Source of the DNA: Octopus vulgaris
Taxonomy: Eukaryota
Assembly: GCA_951406725.2 (NCBI GenBank)
Contig: OX597818.1
Location: 26,908,001 to 26,972,000 of the forward strand
Reading direction: 5' to 3'
Length of the DNA stretch: 64,000 nt
Numbering within the stretch: the first letter of the stretch is position 1; the number at the start of each line of letters is the position of its first letter. Positions 26,277 through 39,216 of the stretch are shown here, piece by piece. The notes below the pieces were generated by a model, which was not told the DNA's origin, did not search any database, and saw only the letters and a program-made list of their open reading frames with translations. A program made the translations under genes and the position numbers.

Positions 26277-27330
26277 TTCTATCGGTATCTTTTGCCGAAC
26301 CGCTAAGTTACGGGGACGTAAACACACCACCATCGGTTGTGAAGCGATGTTGGGGGGAGACAAACACAGACATAATATCTCTTTTCTCTTTTACTTGTTT
26401 CAGTCATTTGACTGCGGCCATGCTGGAGCATCGCCTTTTAATCAAGCAACTCGACCCTAGGACTTATTCTTTTGTAAGCCCAGTACTTATTCTATCGGTT
26501 TCTTTTGCCGATCCGCTAAGTAACGGGGACATAAACACCCCAGCATCGGTTGTCAAGCAATGCTAGGGGGACAAACACACACACGCATATATATATATAC
26601 GACGGGCTTCTTTCAGTTTCTGTCTACCAAATCCACTCACAAGGCTTTGGTCGGCCCGAGGCTATAGTAGAAGACACTTGCCCAAGGTGCCACGCAGTGG
26701 GACTGAACTCGGAACCATGTGGTTGGTAAACAAGCTACTTACCACAATATACACACAATTTTTCAAAGAAAAAAAAATATGTATAAATTTTTCCGGAATC
26801 GGATCCTTCACAACAAAAAACATGGGATTCCGTAAAAAAAAATCTATATATCCATTTTACCGGAAGTTTTGACCGAAAAATCAGATCTTGTGAATTTTCC
26901 GAAAGCCCCTCACCCCGGCTTGGTTTTTTTTTGTTCCCGGATGAAGGTTTTTATATTGACCCAAATGTCTTCTACTTATACCTTGGGACAATCAAAACCC
27001 TGTTACACGACGGCTTCTTTCAGTTTCCATCTACCAAATCCACTCACAAGGCCTTGGTTGGTTCGAGGCTATAGTACAAGACACTTGCTCAAGGTGCCAC
27101 ACAGTGGGACTGAACCTGGAACCATGTGGTTGGGAAGCAACCACAGTCATTCTTGGCCTTTGAGTCACAAAGCATGGATGTGTGGTTAAGATATTTGCTC
27201 CCCAACTATGTGGTATTGGGTTCAGTCCTATTGTATGGTACCTTGGGCAAATGTCGTCTACAGCCTCAGGTTAAGGAAATCCTTGCTAATGTGTTTGGTA
27301 GGTAGAAACTGAGAAACTCACTGCGTGTGT
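26277..27330 (-). mobile_element. Cluster of tRNA-derived SINE copies (26277-26375 -, 26380-26745 -, 27005-27170 -, 27170-27330 +)
   Basis: Reverse-complement and direct matches to the 33675 copy. Confidence 0.8.
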
Positions 27331-27561
27331 GTATGATTGGATGTGCTCAACATGCAAAAATTAAACCAATCAGGTTTTGGCTCTAGTATTAATCTTCTTT
27401 AGCTGTCTGATGATGTGTCTCTACTCACTATTTGGCCTCTATAGGGTGCATTTACTAGTCACATTGCTGAATACTGAAACATAAGTAACAGCTGGAAAAA
27501 CAAGTACCCAGTCAGTGCCCATGTTCATTCTTATTATTGCTGTGCTCTCCATTTCTCTATC

Positions 27562-27611
<50 letters not shown>

Positions 27612-28022
27612 TACACATGTTCTCATACTTTATTTAAAAATTCATCACTCACACATGCTTGCCCACAAATACACATCTCGAGTAACAACTTCCAAAACCT
27701 AAGCAAACAAATTCAACTCCAGATTTTTTTAAACTAACTTATATATATAAAAGGTATGGATTTTCTAAAAATAATAACCTACATATGGTAAGCGTTAAAT
27801 AAAGTTATCCAAATCCTGACTACTTTCGTTTTCTTAGTATATAAACTCTGTACTCCACTTCAGACAAGCTACATACACACACGTGTGTGTGTGTACTCTT
27901 GTCATACAAGTGAAGTTGTTCATTTATAGTCTTTCTTGAGAGTTGGCAACAAGAAGGCCAGCCAGCCATAGAAAACAAACCATGGGTTTTGTCTGGTCCA
28001 TGTAAGCATCATGATGTAGACA

Positions 28023-28586
28023 TTAACTCTTTAGCATTTAATCAGGCCATATCTTGCCCAAATATTCTACCTGTTTTATGCTAAACTGACCACATCCAAC
28101 CTCTCACACCTATCCTACAATGTCATTCTAAAAATATTCAAACACATCTTTAAAATTCTGAAGCCACAAGATAATTTATGATTAATTCAAAACAATGTGA
28201 ATAAATAAGCATTATATTTGATAGACTAATAGGCGCAGGAGTGGCTGTGTGGTAAGTAGCGGGTTCAGTCCCACTGCGTGGCACCTTGGGCAAGTGTCTT
28301 CTACTAAAGCCTTGGGCCGACTCACAAGCCCGTCATATATGTACATATATATATATATGTGTGTGTTTGTCCCCCTAGCATTGCTTGACAACCGATGCTG
28401 GTGTGTTTATGTCCCTGTCACTTAGCGGTTCGACAAAAGAGACCGATAGAATAAGTACTGGGCTTACAAAGAATAAGTCCCGGGGTTGAGTTGCTCGATT
28501 AAAGGTGGTGCTCCAGCATGGCTGCAGTCAAATGACTGAAACAAGTTAAAGAGTAAAGAGAGTAATCTGAATGTTAAAGGGTTTAA
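28023..28586. mobile_element. Short TTAA-flanked piggyBac-type MITE interrupted by a SINE (28232-28560)
   Basis: ttaactctttagcatt...aatgttaaagggtttaa; same family at 10338-10545 and 62097-62316. Confidence 0.6.
28232..28560 (+). mobile_element. tRNA-derived SINE (octopus-type family)
   Basis: GGCGCAGGAGTGGCTGTGTGG (A box), GGTTCAGTCCC (B box), internal (TA/TG)n, 3' GCTCCAGCATGG...GACTGAAACAAG. Confidence 0.85.
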
Positions 28587-29814
28587 GTGACATTGATGAT
28601 GGTTGTGGTCTTACTCAACTTTAAGTGGCAAAGGAACCAGCTAAACTTTTAAAAAATCTCACTCCAAACTGCAACCCTTTTGTTGAGAATTTTAGATAAA
28701 AATATTTCCAAGCTGTAGAGAAGGTATCTTGGAGCCAAATAATTCCCCAGGGTGAATGCAATTTCTGTTGTAGAATATCCAATTATCAAGTAGGAAAAGG
28801 CTTATAATAAGTTTAATCTCAATCTTAGCAAATCCAGTTGGAAAAGGCTTGTAATAAATCTGTCAACCTTTCAACTGTTTTACAGAGTTTGATGCTTATC
28901 AAGTTCCTTGTGTAGATGATTTGGTCAGTGGTGTATCCAAACTTAAATACTAATGATCTTTGTGGCCCCTATTATCAAGTTGGTATACTACCTGACAAAA
29001 GACAATATGCTCTTTCCAAACAGTTGGGTTCTTTACCTTTTTACTTGATTTCCTATATCACAAATGGTGTATCTGTGTTTTTGGTGAGTCATTAATAAAT
29101 TTATGAACAAAAATTTTCTTAGAAGTATCTATTCATGTTTAGCTTGTGGTGTAAAAAAGCATGATGCATTTCCAATTTCTTAAAAGCTAACGATCATGGT
29201 AATCTGACTGTAAACATAAAAAATGTAGATATGATCTAACCTCTATTAACTTCTTAAGGTATCTGATTTCATATGGAGAATCAAGTTATCATTATCACCG
29301 TTCCAGAATATTCAACTCTCAGGCTTTTGAAAAGCTATCTATACCTCAGAATATTGAATTACAATGGTTGCTTGGGTTCTTCATGTGTTACATACACAAC
29401 TCCAAATAGATCCTTTTCTGGTTTTGAAAATTGGGCCAGTGATGTAAATTTCATCCAGTCTGAGGATGATGTAAAAATGTATTAGTTCTAGTAAAGATCA
29501 TATAAAATGGCAGCTGTTATTGCTTTTGGTAACTGTTTGCCTTTCACTATTGAAACATACATTACCACCAGGTGATAGCTGTGTGGTGTTTTCATCCCCT
29601 ACCACATTGCTGAAATAAAAAAGCTTATGTAGTTATAAAATCATTTCTTTATGAAACAACTTAATAAAAACCATAGAAAAATAAGGATAAAAATCTTATA
29701 TTGGAGAAATTGAACTTTTCCCTCATACATGATAAACTATAGACCTAATTTAGAGAATCTTTGAGCTGTACTTTTGCTACTACTTCAGTATTTATGAATT
29801 TAGAATTACTACAT

Positions 29815-30830
29815 ATGGCTGGATGCCCTTCCTAATGCCAACCACTTTACAGTGTACTCAGAGTTTTATTGTAACGGGACAAGTGTTAGAAAGATTGCGT
29901 TGTCCTGTATAACTAAGGAGGCAAATTTGAGTGCGAGAGTGAAACAAAGAGACTATGATATGATGGATGGAACATAATGGGAGCAAGAAAGTGTTAGGCA
30001 AGTGAGTAATGAAACATAGTGATTGCTATATGTCACATGTTGGAAAGCAGACTGAGTAATGTGTGATGAAAGTGAGAAAGAGCGATTTATGTCAACATAG
30101 CAACAGAAGAGAGAGCGAGCGTGTATTTGAGTGAGAATCATAGCAAAAAGCCATGATGAAAGAGTAATTGCAATAGAGATAGGTGATGGTTATTAAAGAG
30201 TGACATGGAGAAGAATGAGGTAGCTAGTCATAGAGAAAGTTGATGATAGCGGATAATGAATATGGATAAATTGAAACCATCCCTCATTACATCAGGATGG
30301 AAAGGAGGTAATGTAAAAGGCGATGTTGTGGGGGTGAATAAAGAACATACGATACCATCCTTCATTATGTAGTGTGCTACAGTGGTTGGTGTCTTAACAG
30401 ATGTAAATAATCATCTCAACTTATATTTACCAATTTTAACATCTATTTGCAAAACTTGCATAGGTTTTCTCAAGTACTGTTGTATTGACTGTTATAATCA
30501 TCCACTTTCTTTGCAAAGTTCAGCTTTTTGAGATCAGTCTTCAAAATTTCATGTCGTTTTAAGTCTTTTTCACTTAGAACAACTACTACTTGATAAAACT
30601 GACATCCTCCATATGTGTCATACTCATATCGATGCAGTCTCTCTTGCACAGTACATCTGATTTCTCTTATATCCAGCTTTTCTCTAAATTCATTTGTGCT
30701 CTGTTGCTTAAGCACGCTACAATTACAAATTGAGTAGAGCTTATTTCTTTCTTTCTGCATTCAAAGTCCTCGCCGCACTACCATGCAGCATTGCACTTCA
30801 TACACAAACATAATACAATCTGCCAATTAC
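29815..30830 (-). mobile_element. Degenerate RTE LINE 3' part
   Basis: Tail motif GGATGCCCTTCCTAATGCCAACCAC at 29821; minus-strand REKLDIREIRCTVQERL remnant. Confidence 0.6.
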
Positions 30831-31258
30831 CCTAAAACAATTTTTTTGTTATCAGAATAACTCTGAACTCAATTACTTTTAACCCAGAATTTTTTCTCTA
30901 AAATTTGGGTAGATTCTTCTTAGATGGTTTATAACAGTGCCAATTAGGTAGACACTATTTTTAGCCTGGCACATATTTGTACCATTTGGGTTTTCTAATC
31001 TACCAGGCATGTAACATTGTATTTAGATGAAGTACCATGTATGTACCAGTTATATCAAAATATCGCAGTGAATCTTGCAAAAAAAGAAATATTTCAAATA
31101 TTAGGGAGTAAGATGAAGGTTGATTGAAAAACTGTGTTTGATTCCCAACAAAAAAAGTTCCTCTAACAGTTTTATAACACAACTGGTACAATCTTAGCTA
31201 TACAACAAACTACAATGGTACAAGTGTGTACCTATACAAAACCACAATAGTACAAGTG

Positions 31259-31483
31259 TCATCATCATCATCGTTTAACGTCCGGTTCGACCGGGGATCT
31301 GGGAAGCCAGAAGGCTGCACCAGGCTCCAGTCTTATCTGGCAATGTTTCTACAGCTGGATGCCCTTCCTAACGCCAACCACTCCGTGAGTGTAGTGGGTG
31401 CTTTTTACGTGCCACCTGCACAGGTGCCAGGCGAGGCTGGCAACGGCCACGGTCGGATTGGTGCATTTTACGTGCCACCGGCT
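31259..31483 (-). mobile_element. Young RTE tail insertion, near-identical to 51470-51701
   Basis: Direct sequence match to the reverse complement of the intron-6 LINE tail. Confidence 0.85.
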
Positions 31484-31859
31484 TGAGTGTGTACTACTCA
31501 AAATTATTTACTCTTAGAAATATGTATTGCAACAGTGTTGCAAGAATATTACTATCCAATGTTTATAAACTATGCATAATGTGTTTATGATAAGTTTACA
31601 GTGAAGAAAATGTTATTAATAGCTTACTAAAGCATGAGAACCAATAATAAACACTTAAGAGCTGTCTTTAATGGCGAGGGGTTTGTATGCATTCGATCCT
31701 TTTGAGCTGTCATTCACTCCAATCATATGTCTGGAGTGGTACTATACTGATTTACATAGAGTGGGAATTTTTAAGATTTGGGTTGTAAAATTTTTGACTG
31801 GTACATATATGTACCAGCTGAGCCGAAAGTGTTAAGGAGCCTTTTAAGCATTTCAAGAA

Positions 31860-32190
31860 ATTTGTTCTAATCTCTTATTGCTTACAGTATGCCTTCTCTG
31901 CCAGCCTGTGATCTGACTATGCCTCTTCATTTATAGAGTACGCCATATGGAGTTCTATGTACTCCTTTTCTACATATTGAGCATGACTATTTCCCTGATA
32001 GTAGCAAGGTCCTTTCTTCTTTTGTATAGAGTAAAATTTCAGTCTTTGCTAAGTTTACTTTGAGATCTCTTGAGTCTTGATTTTACTTCCATATCTGGAA
32101 TTTAAAAAAAATCTTCTGATTCAGCAAGGTCATCAGCATACTGAAATTTTCACAGCCAGCCAGTTTTAAATTCCTCTCTTATGGCTTGAA
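31860..32190 (-). mobile_element. Degenerate RTE RT fragment
   Basis: Minus-strand YADDLAE at ~32120-32141. Confidence 0.55.
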
Positions 32191-33674
32191 TCAATGTTTG
32201 TCATAGGTGTGTGTGTGTGTGTGTGTGGAGTGGTGCTATAGAGATAGAAAAAAGAAGCAGACAAAATACTACTTTTAAGGATTTTAAATTCCGAAGGACA
32301 AGTATCTAAAACGTTGGATTTTCACTCCTCACAACAATATCTGATCTTTATGGATTAACTTTAGTTGACGCAGACCCGTTTCTTTGGATCCCAGATCTTA
32401 CCCAATTAAGTCTATAGCTGATGTATGGACATCAGCTATATAGTCTTGCTGTGAAATGAAGCACACGAACCCATTTTTGGCTGCATGGGCTGAGTGTTGA
32501 GCGGATTGGTTTCATTGTTTGACAACTCAAGATTTGCTCATTTCGCTGTCCCAAAACAGTGATAGTAATTGAAGGCTACTTAGGACATTTTAAACATATG
32601 CTTAAGTGCAGTCTGACCACGTCCTATTAATTGGCACGTAGACAGCCTGACAGTAATTACTTAAGTGGGTTATGAATACATATACAGTTATAGGGTTATG
32701 GATAAAGTATATGTATTTGTTTCCGTATGTATTCTCAGTGCGCAATTAAACCAAAGAGGGGATTTTTTGGTAGCTTCGGATCACAAAACGAGTCAATTCG
32801 ATCTTCGCTACAAAACCCTTATAAAATGTCTTGGCCTTATATCGCAATGAAACTAAAATCGTATGGATGTGAGAAATAGAAGGAAAATTCTCCTTCGAAA
32901 TTACCTTAACATATCTAGAGAGAGATTTAAGAAATGTAAAAAAAGACGGGATGGTCATGGCTGGAATGTCTGTTTAGAAGTTTGCTCGATCATGACTATC
33001 CTGGTTCTAATCGTCTCCTTTTGAATACTTCCTAAGTGCGTGTTGTGACTGCGTTTTGTTATTGAAAGAAATTTACTACTAGACTGTCCTCTTCTATGTT
33101 ATTGTAATCCTATACCTTGTACTTAAATGTTTCTTTCACAATACTGTATGCAGGGTTATAAATAAATAAATACCCCCCCCCCCCCAAAAAAAAAACCGGA
33201 GTGGATTTTTACTGTGAAAATTTCGTTCATACTCTCACCCTTTTCTGTAGTCATACATTCTCAATGTATAAAACAAGTTTATAGAACATATTTGTTGGAA
33301 AAATATTGCGCTAACTGCCGGATTGTTCGAAAGAATGAATCCTCACGGGATTTGAATTTTAAAATGTAGTTGAGAGTTAACGAGAGGAACTTCTACGCAA
33401 TATGTTGAATATAGAAGTTACAGCTCCCTCAACTCTGTTTTAGGAAAAGAAAAACACAGTAGGTGGTCACAGCGGAACACCTTCACTCACAGGGCTGTCT
33501 GAACGGCTGATCTAAATAGAACAAGTAACTATATGGAGAATCATAAACTTTCTAGGTGAAATATTTCTTTTTCGGAACAGTGGATCTCGAAGCACAAATC
33601 TATAAATAACAGCATGCAAATATTGAGTTGAAAAAAGTGCTTGAGGATCCACTATTCCATAATAGAATAATAAA

Positions 33675-34066
33675 CGTAGGAGTGGCTGTGTGGTAAGTAG
33701 CTTGTTTACCGACATGGTCCCGGGTTCAGTCCCACTGCGTGGCACCTTGGGCAAGTGTCTTCTACTATAGCCTCGGGCCGACCAAAGCCTTGTGAGGGGA
33801 TTTGGTAGACGGAAACTGAAAGAAGCTCGTCGTATATGTGTATATAATATATATATATGTGTCTGTGTTTGTCCTCCCAACATCGCTTGACAACCAATGC
33901 TGGTGTGTTTACGTCCTCGTAATTTAGCGGTTCAGCAAAGAGATCGATAGAATAAGTACTAGGCTTTCCTAAGAATAAGTCCTGGGGTCAATTTGCTCGA
34001 CTAAAGGCGGTGCTCCAGCATGGCCACAGTCAAATGACTGAAACAAGTAAAAAAAAAAAAAAAAAA
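33675..34066 (+). mobile_element. tRNA-derived SINE, full length with A tail
   Basis: Same family as 28232. Confidence 0.88.
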
Positions 34067-34277
34067 GTGTTAATATGGGTGTTAATATATTGCTGACTTG
34101 AGGTATATTTTGCAATGTTTCCCCCATAAAGAAAGCTAAATTTCAATTATCATATGCTGAAAGTGTATTAATGAAAATACTGTCTGTCACACACATACAC
34201 ACCCACTCCATTCGCCTCTCTTAAGATCTGGGACCTTTGTGTCTGAGTCAGACCAATTTTGAGCAATAGTAAGAAAA

Positions 34278-34625
34278 TGCAGGTGTGGTTTTATGGTAAG
34301 GAGTTTGCTTCTTTACCACACGGTTCTAGGTTCAGTCCCACTACGTGGCACCATGGGCGAGTGTCTCCTTCTATAGCCACGGACCGACCAAAGTCTTGTG
34401 AATAGATTTAGAAACTGTAAGAAGCCCATTGTATGTGTGTGTAGTTTATGTTCGCGTTAATGTGTTTATTTCCCTCAGTTACAATAAAGACAATTTTACA
34501 AGTACCAGGCCAAAAAAAAAAAAAAATCCCCAGAATCGATTCCTTTGACTATAATAAATCTTCAAGGCGGTACCCTAGCATGGCCGCACCTCAGTGATAG
34601 AAATAAGTCTAAGATAAAGTAAAGT
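34278..34625 (+). mobile_element. tRNA-derived SINE, older copy immediately upstream of promoter cassette B
   Basis: Same family, diverged. Confidence 0.75.
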
Positions 34626-34648
34626 AAATGGAAAAGAATTTCCAATTG

Positions 34649-34721
34649 TCACACGGAATGATAATGAGGTAAACGGATATGACGTTTTCATATTTCCGGG
34701 TTTGCTAGAATTTTACACGTG
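34649..34721 (+). promoter_or_regulatory. Promoter cassette B: CGGATATGACGT, ATTTCCGG, CACGTG
   Basis: CGGATATGACGT 34674-34685 and CACGTG 34716-34721. Confidence 0.65.
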
Positions 34722-34907
34722 CTCTCGAACCTTGGTCAAGAAAACTTGCCAAACTATATTTGTTACTTTTAACAAATTTATATTTGTTAGCTGAGTGTTT
34801 TGTTTGTAAACCTCGCCGTACTTGTTTGTCTTGTGGGTAAATATATATACATAAGTTCAAAGAAGAAAACAGTAGAATTGAAGATTGTCGAAAAGTTGTT
34901 ACCTGGA

Positions 34908-34955
34908 ATGACTACGAAAATTAATGGAGATTCGAGAAAAAAGATGAAGAAAAAA
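34908..34955 (+). CDS. DDX21: Candidate alternative first coding exon B of the DDX21-like gene (MTTKINGDSRKKMKKK)
   Basis: 16 codons then GTTGGT at phase 0; leader shares TATATTTGTTAGCTGAGTGTTTTGTTT with copy A; ggaATG context. Confidence 0.55.
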
Positions 34956-36303
34956 GTTGGTATTATTTTTATTCACATAGAGGTTGTATTTTGATTTTGT
35001 TGTAGAAGGATTTTCACTTGTATAAACAACTTTACTTACCTTTATCTACTCTGCTCTCAGTTGTATATACTGAAACAATAAGCAAGTGGGATTTTCTGTT
35101 GAATTTTCAATCAATTCTTTGAATAGAGTGAGTGAGTTAATGTAAATTCAGTTGTTATTTAAAAAAAAAATTGTCCACTATATATCTGTATGTATATATA
35201 TATTACTTTTGTCTTCTGATCGGATTTTTAAATGTATACGTTTAAGAAATAAAGTCACGTGAAGTATCTGAAAGGATAATTTCTTTTATACTTAATCTCA
35301 TGTAAAATTTTGTAATTTATATTTATGATAATTTGTCAACAACGACGAAATAGAACATAACATTTTTTGAGGCGGTTTATCATTTGTACTTGAAGCTTTT
35401 TTAGTCATTGATCGATCGATGTCAAACCACAAGAATTATGACATACCTCGTCCAACTTTGTTTCCTCATAACTTTTAGAAAAATGGAGATTTTAATTTTT
35501 ACGATCTATATTGGCATTTACTACGCTTACCAAAAATCGGTCGTTTTAACCAATATAGTTGTGTGAAGTACGTGTGTGTGTGTGTGTATGTATGTATATA
35601 TATACATGTCAGTGAACAGGTCGCGGATTTTAGCGACGAAAATATTTTGACAAATTAAACTTAAATGTTGAAGTGAATCGAACGGCTTTTGTGTGTTTCT
35701 TAAATATCTTATAAACACCTTCCACGCTGCAATTGTGTATATTTATATATATATATATATATAAGCTACCTCCGCTATGATATGGAAGGGATCACATAGA
35801 AACTACTGTACAAAAATATAAAAGTAGATACTTTCTCCAAAACATCTAAAAATGTGCTGTTTTGTTTATCCCTGTAGAATATACCATAAACTGTAAATAA
35901 CAACTAAGTTCATTTAATCCTAGTAGTCACTTGTATAAAATAATGTAGCGTGTAGTTTCTATATTCACGTGCATATTCGACAACTAAACGTACGAGGAGT
36001 TTCTGTAGTAATCGTTGGAATCGAACCCGGAATCGCGTATTTGCGAAGTGAACTTTTTAACCACAGCCATGTTTACATCTCCACATAAATATTCTACAAT
36101 AATACAAGCTTAGACTTAGCCTTCCGAAGTGCATTTTCGGAAAAGGATAATCAACCTAATAAATATAGAATCTAAAATTGATATATACCAGTAATGTTGA
36201 GGAATCTAAGAGTAGATGCTTGTGCAAATGCGCTCCGCCCCTCCTGTCTTCAGTATTTCAGTGTCTGTAAAAGCTACAATATCGAATTGATGCTTGTATT
36301 TTG

Positions 36304-36664
36304 AGGTGGAGTTCTTGCATAATCGTAAGATTTTCTGAAAATTCCTAAAAAGAAAAATGGGGGCTAATGCAGTTTCGCACCTCTCCTTGAAAAATGCATT
36401 TTTTTGAAAAGTTGGGACAGGCAGAAGTCTTTCCATGTTGTATATTTAATTTACATTAAAATATTACTTACTGTTAATTAAGGTAAACAAAAGTAAAACG
36501 CAAATTCTTTTTCCTTTAATGTTTTTGTCTGTATTTAATTTCGATTTGCATGTCTAAAACGTAGGAATCCGAAAAAAAGTTTTTCAAAAAAATTCATTTT
36601 ACAAGATGCGAAACTGCATTAGCCTCAAAAAAATTTATGATGTACTTCGATCAGAACTCCACCT
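36304..36664. mobile_element. MITE with nested inverted repeats
   Basis: AGGTGGAGTTCT / AGAACTCCACCT termini and GGCTAATGCAGTTTCGCA / TGCGAAACTGCATTAGCC inner arms. Confidence 0.65.
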
Positions 36665-37282
36665 GTTATTTTTACCTTGTCGCGTATAATTCGAAAACTA
36701 TTTTGCTGCTATTTCTAAACCCGGTGAAGCAACCACGCCGATATCAACTTGGTAGTAATATAGTTTCGTGTGTTGTCCATTCCAAAATCAACCGTGATTG
36801 AGTGGTTCTATGACTAGTGGCTCTGAAGCCGTTCGTCTTTTTTCCCCCAAGTAGTATTTCCTCAGAACTGTGTTATCCAATACATCCATCCTTCTTCAGA
36901 CGGTAAGATGCGACTTAAAAGATATTTGGCTGGTATTTCTAGCAGGCTGTAAGAAAGGGGTGACGTTTCGAACAGTTCTTCTTTGAAGGGATAGCTTAGC
37001 TCATCATTAAGCAGACATGATGATTTAAGGTATTACAGTCGTGACCACCTCGTCTTTTTTATTGGTATGTTTAGGACTACTATATTAATATGATGTGTCC
37101 TTTATGTGATGAGACTTGTGTGGCTTGAGGAAGATTTGGATGCTGTGTCTAGCGACCACAGAAGAAAAATTAACTTGCTCATTGATTGCCGAAACGATGG
37201 TTTATATTAGATGCGAGCCACAAAGTGGAACGTGGTGAAATTAATTTCAATTAGTAGTTAAAATTATATAAGAGCTAACGTG

Positions 37283-37355
37283 TCACATGGAAGGAAAGCA
37301 AGTTGAACGGATGTGACGTTTTCATATTTCCTGAGGCGTCAGCTTCCCACACGTG
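37283..37355 (+). promoter_or_regulatory. Promoter cassette C: CGGATGTGACGT, ATTTCCTG, CACGTG
   Basis: CGGATGTGACGT 37308-37319 and CACGTG 37350-37355; the surrounding DNA retains CpG. Confidence 0.7.
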
Positions 37356-37505
37356 CTTATCTGATTTGGGTACGCGAACCAAGTTCAGTGACGTGTTTAG
37401 TCGAGTTTATTTATTTGAAATTCTCGGCATTACCAGCTATTTCTGAATATTGTAAAATCGAATTCTCAAAGGCGGGAGAAGATTGAAAATCGTTAAATCA
37501 AAAGG

Positions 37506-37553
37506 ATGACTGCGAAATCTAGTGATGATCCGAAAGAGAAACTCAAGAAAAAC
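37506..37553 (+). CDS. DDX21: Proximal first coding exon C ([16 protein letters not shown])
   Basis: 16 codons then GTCAGT donor at phase 0, in frame with the exon starting at 43193; aggATG context. Confidence 0.7.
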
Positions 37554-39162
37554 GTCAGTTTTGTTTTAATCTTTTAAATATTGTATCGAGTGTTTCACTC
37601 ACCCCATTTTCAAATATATATTTCACTTATATTTAGTATGAAAGAGATACCAGGTTTCAATCACTAAAAAAAAAAAAAAATTTTTAAGAATGAAAATATA
37701 ACGAAGATTTTTAACATATATGCAAGTCTTTGTGGAGCTCTCTTACGTTAATAATCCGGTTTAAAATCCATTTATGTATTTATTATAATCATAAACGAAT
37801 ATTAAATTTTAAAAAATTCAATTTAGATGTTTCTATTATTCCAAGTCTGTTTTGTCCTTGATTAAATATATTTTGATGGAAGATATGGACACGTGCACAG
37901 AAACAATATCATTTTAAATTTATGGCATTCTTTTCCGATTTCCAGCTTAAGTGATTTTTCTGTCGTAACCATTCGCTTTGTGCATATTACGATTTTGTAC
38001 TGTCGCAAGTAGAATATATATATATCCAGAATTGATAACCACTTGTTCACATGTATACATCCACACAGGTATCACAGATATATTTGACACACTTATTACG
38101 TTAGCAATGTGAAAAATTTCCCGACTGTTTTATAGCGATCGAGTCACACTCGGGCGCACGCGTGAATTCTCAATGCGATTGGAAGACTAATTTTGTTTAT
38201 ATCCTTGTCCGGACACACATTAAAATTGAATATATTCGCGCCCATTTGTCAATTGCGTTCATCTAATAATGGATTAATTTACATTTATTGTTTGATAATT
38301 AAAGAATACCTTAACTCTATCGTTGGATATATAAAGCATGGCAACTTTTAAAGTAAGTAATTATTATACATCAACTTAAGATTATTTTTCAGATCTGTAT
38401 AAGAAAATAAACGCGATTCCGTTCGTTGATTATGAACTTCCTAATATGACATATGCCTCCAGCTTGTATATGTAATTACGGTTTCTTGATTGACTTATTA
38501 ACTTAGGTTTGGACATTTAGGTGAACTGTACTTTATTTTCTGGCTTAGTGTTGTACGTATCTAGTAGCATTCGGTCAGTGACCACTTGGTCACCAGTGTG
38601 CGGCGAAATTTTCGGCTCCTTGCTATTAAGAAATATTCGAAATAAGTTTCTATGTTCTTAAATTTGTTAAAATGACTGGCTCTTCCATAATATAATTATT
38701 TCGTTACTCATTGTGTCAGATCAAGTCACTCGCCAAACGAGTACAATTACGAAATATTTTCAGTTATATTTTAATACAGTAACGTTTAACAAAATACAAT
38801 TTTGATCTAAAAGGCAATTTGAGGTCTGAAAAACTAGTTTAATTTTATTTTGTAATTAATTTCATTTGGGGGTTTTCATCTCAAGCTCAGCATTTTTAAT
38901 GCTTATTAAGATTGTTATTTTAAGCTCGTTACGAACGTGTCGTTATTGGTTGCATTTTAGTATCTAACAGAATACTTGTAACTTAGGAAGTGCTGCTAAC
39001 TGGGTCATGGCTGATGGTTTGTTTAGCTCTAGTTTGTCGTGCTGGTAAAAACGTGAAAGCTTTTCGTTAATCAATACGAACGTTGCTTTTACTCACATTA
39101 ACTTTATATCGATTGTATTATACTTTTTACTCTGTTGCATATTATATGTATGTGTATGTATG

Positions 39163-39216
<54 letters not shown>

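Noticed and set aside
33675-33745. tRNA-like A and B boxes
   Set aside because: Heads of tRNA-derived SINEs with no complete cloverleaf; the same applies at 28232, 40309 and ~36010-36070.
25493-37300. Full tandem paralogues of DDX21 downstream of cassettes A and B
   Set aside because: No Q motif, GKT, DEVD or other helicase exon found between the cassettes.
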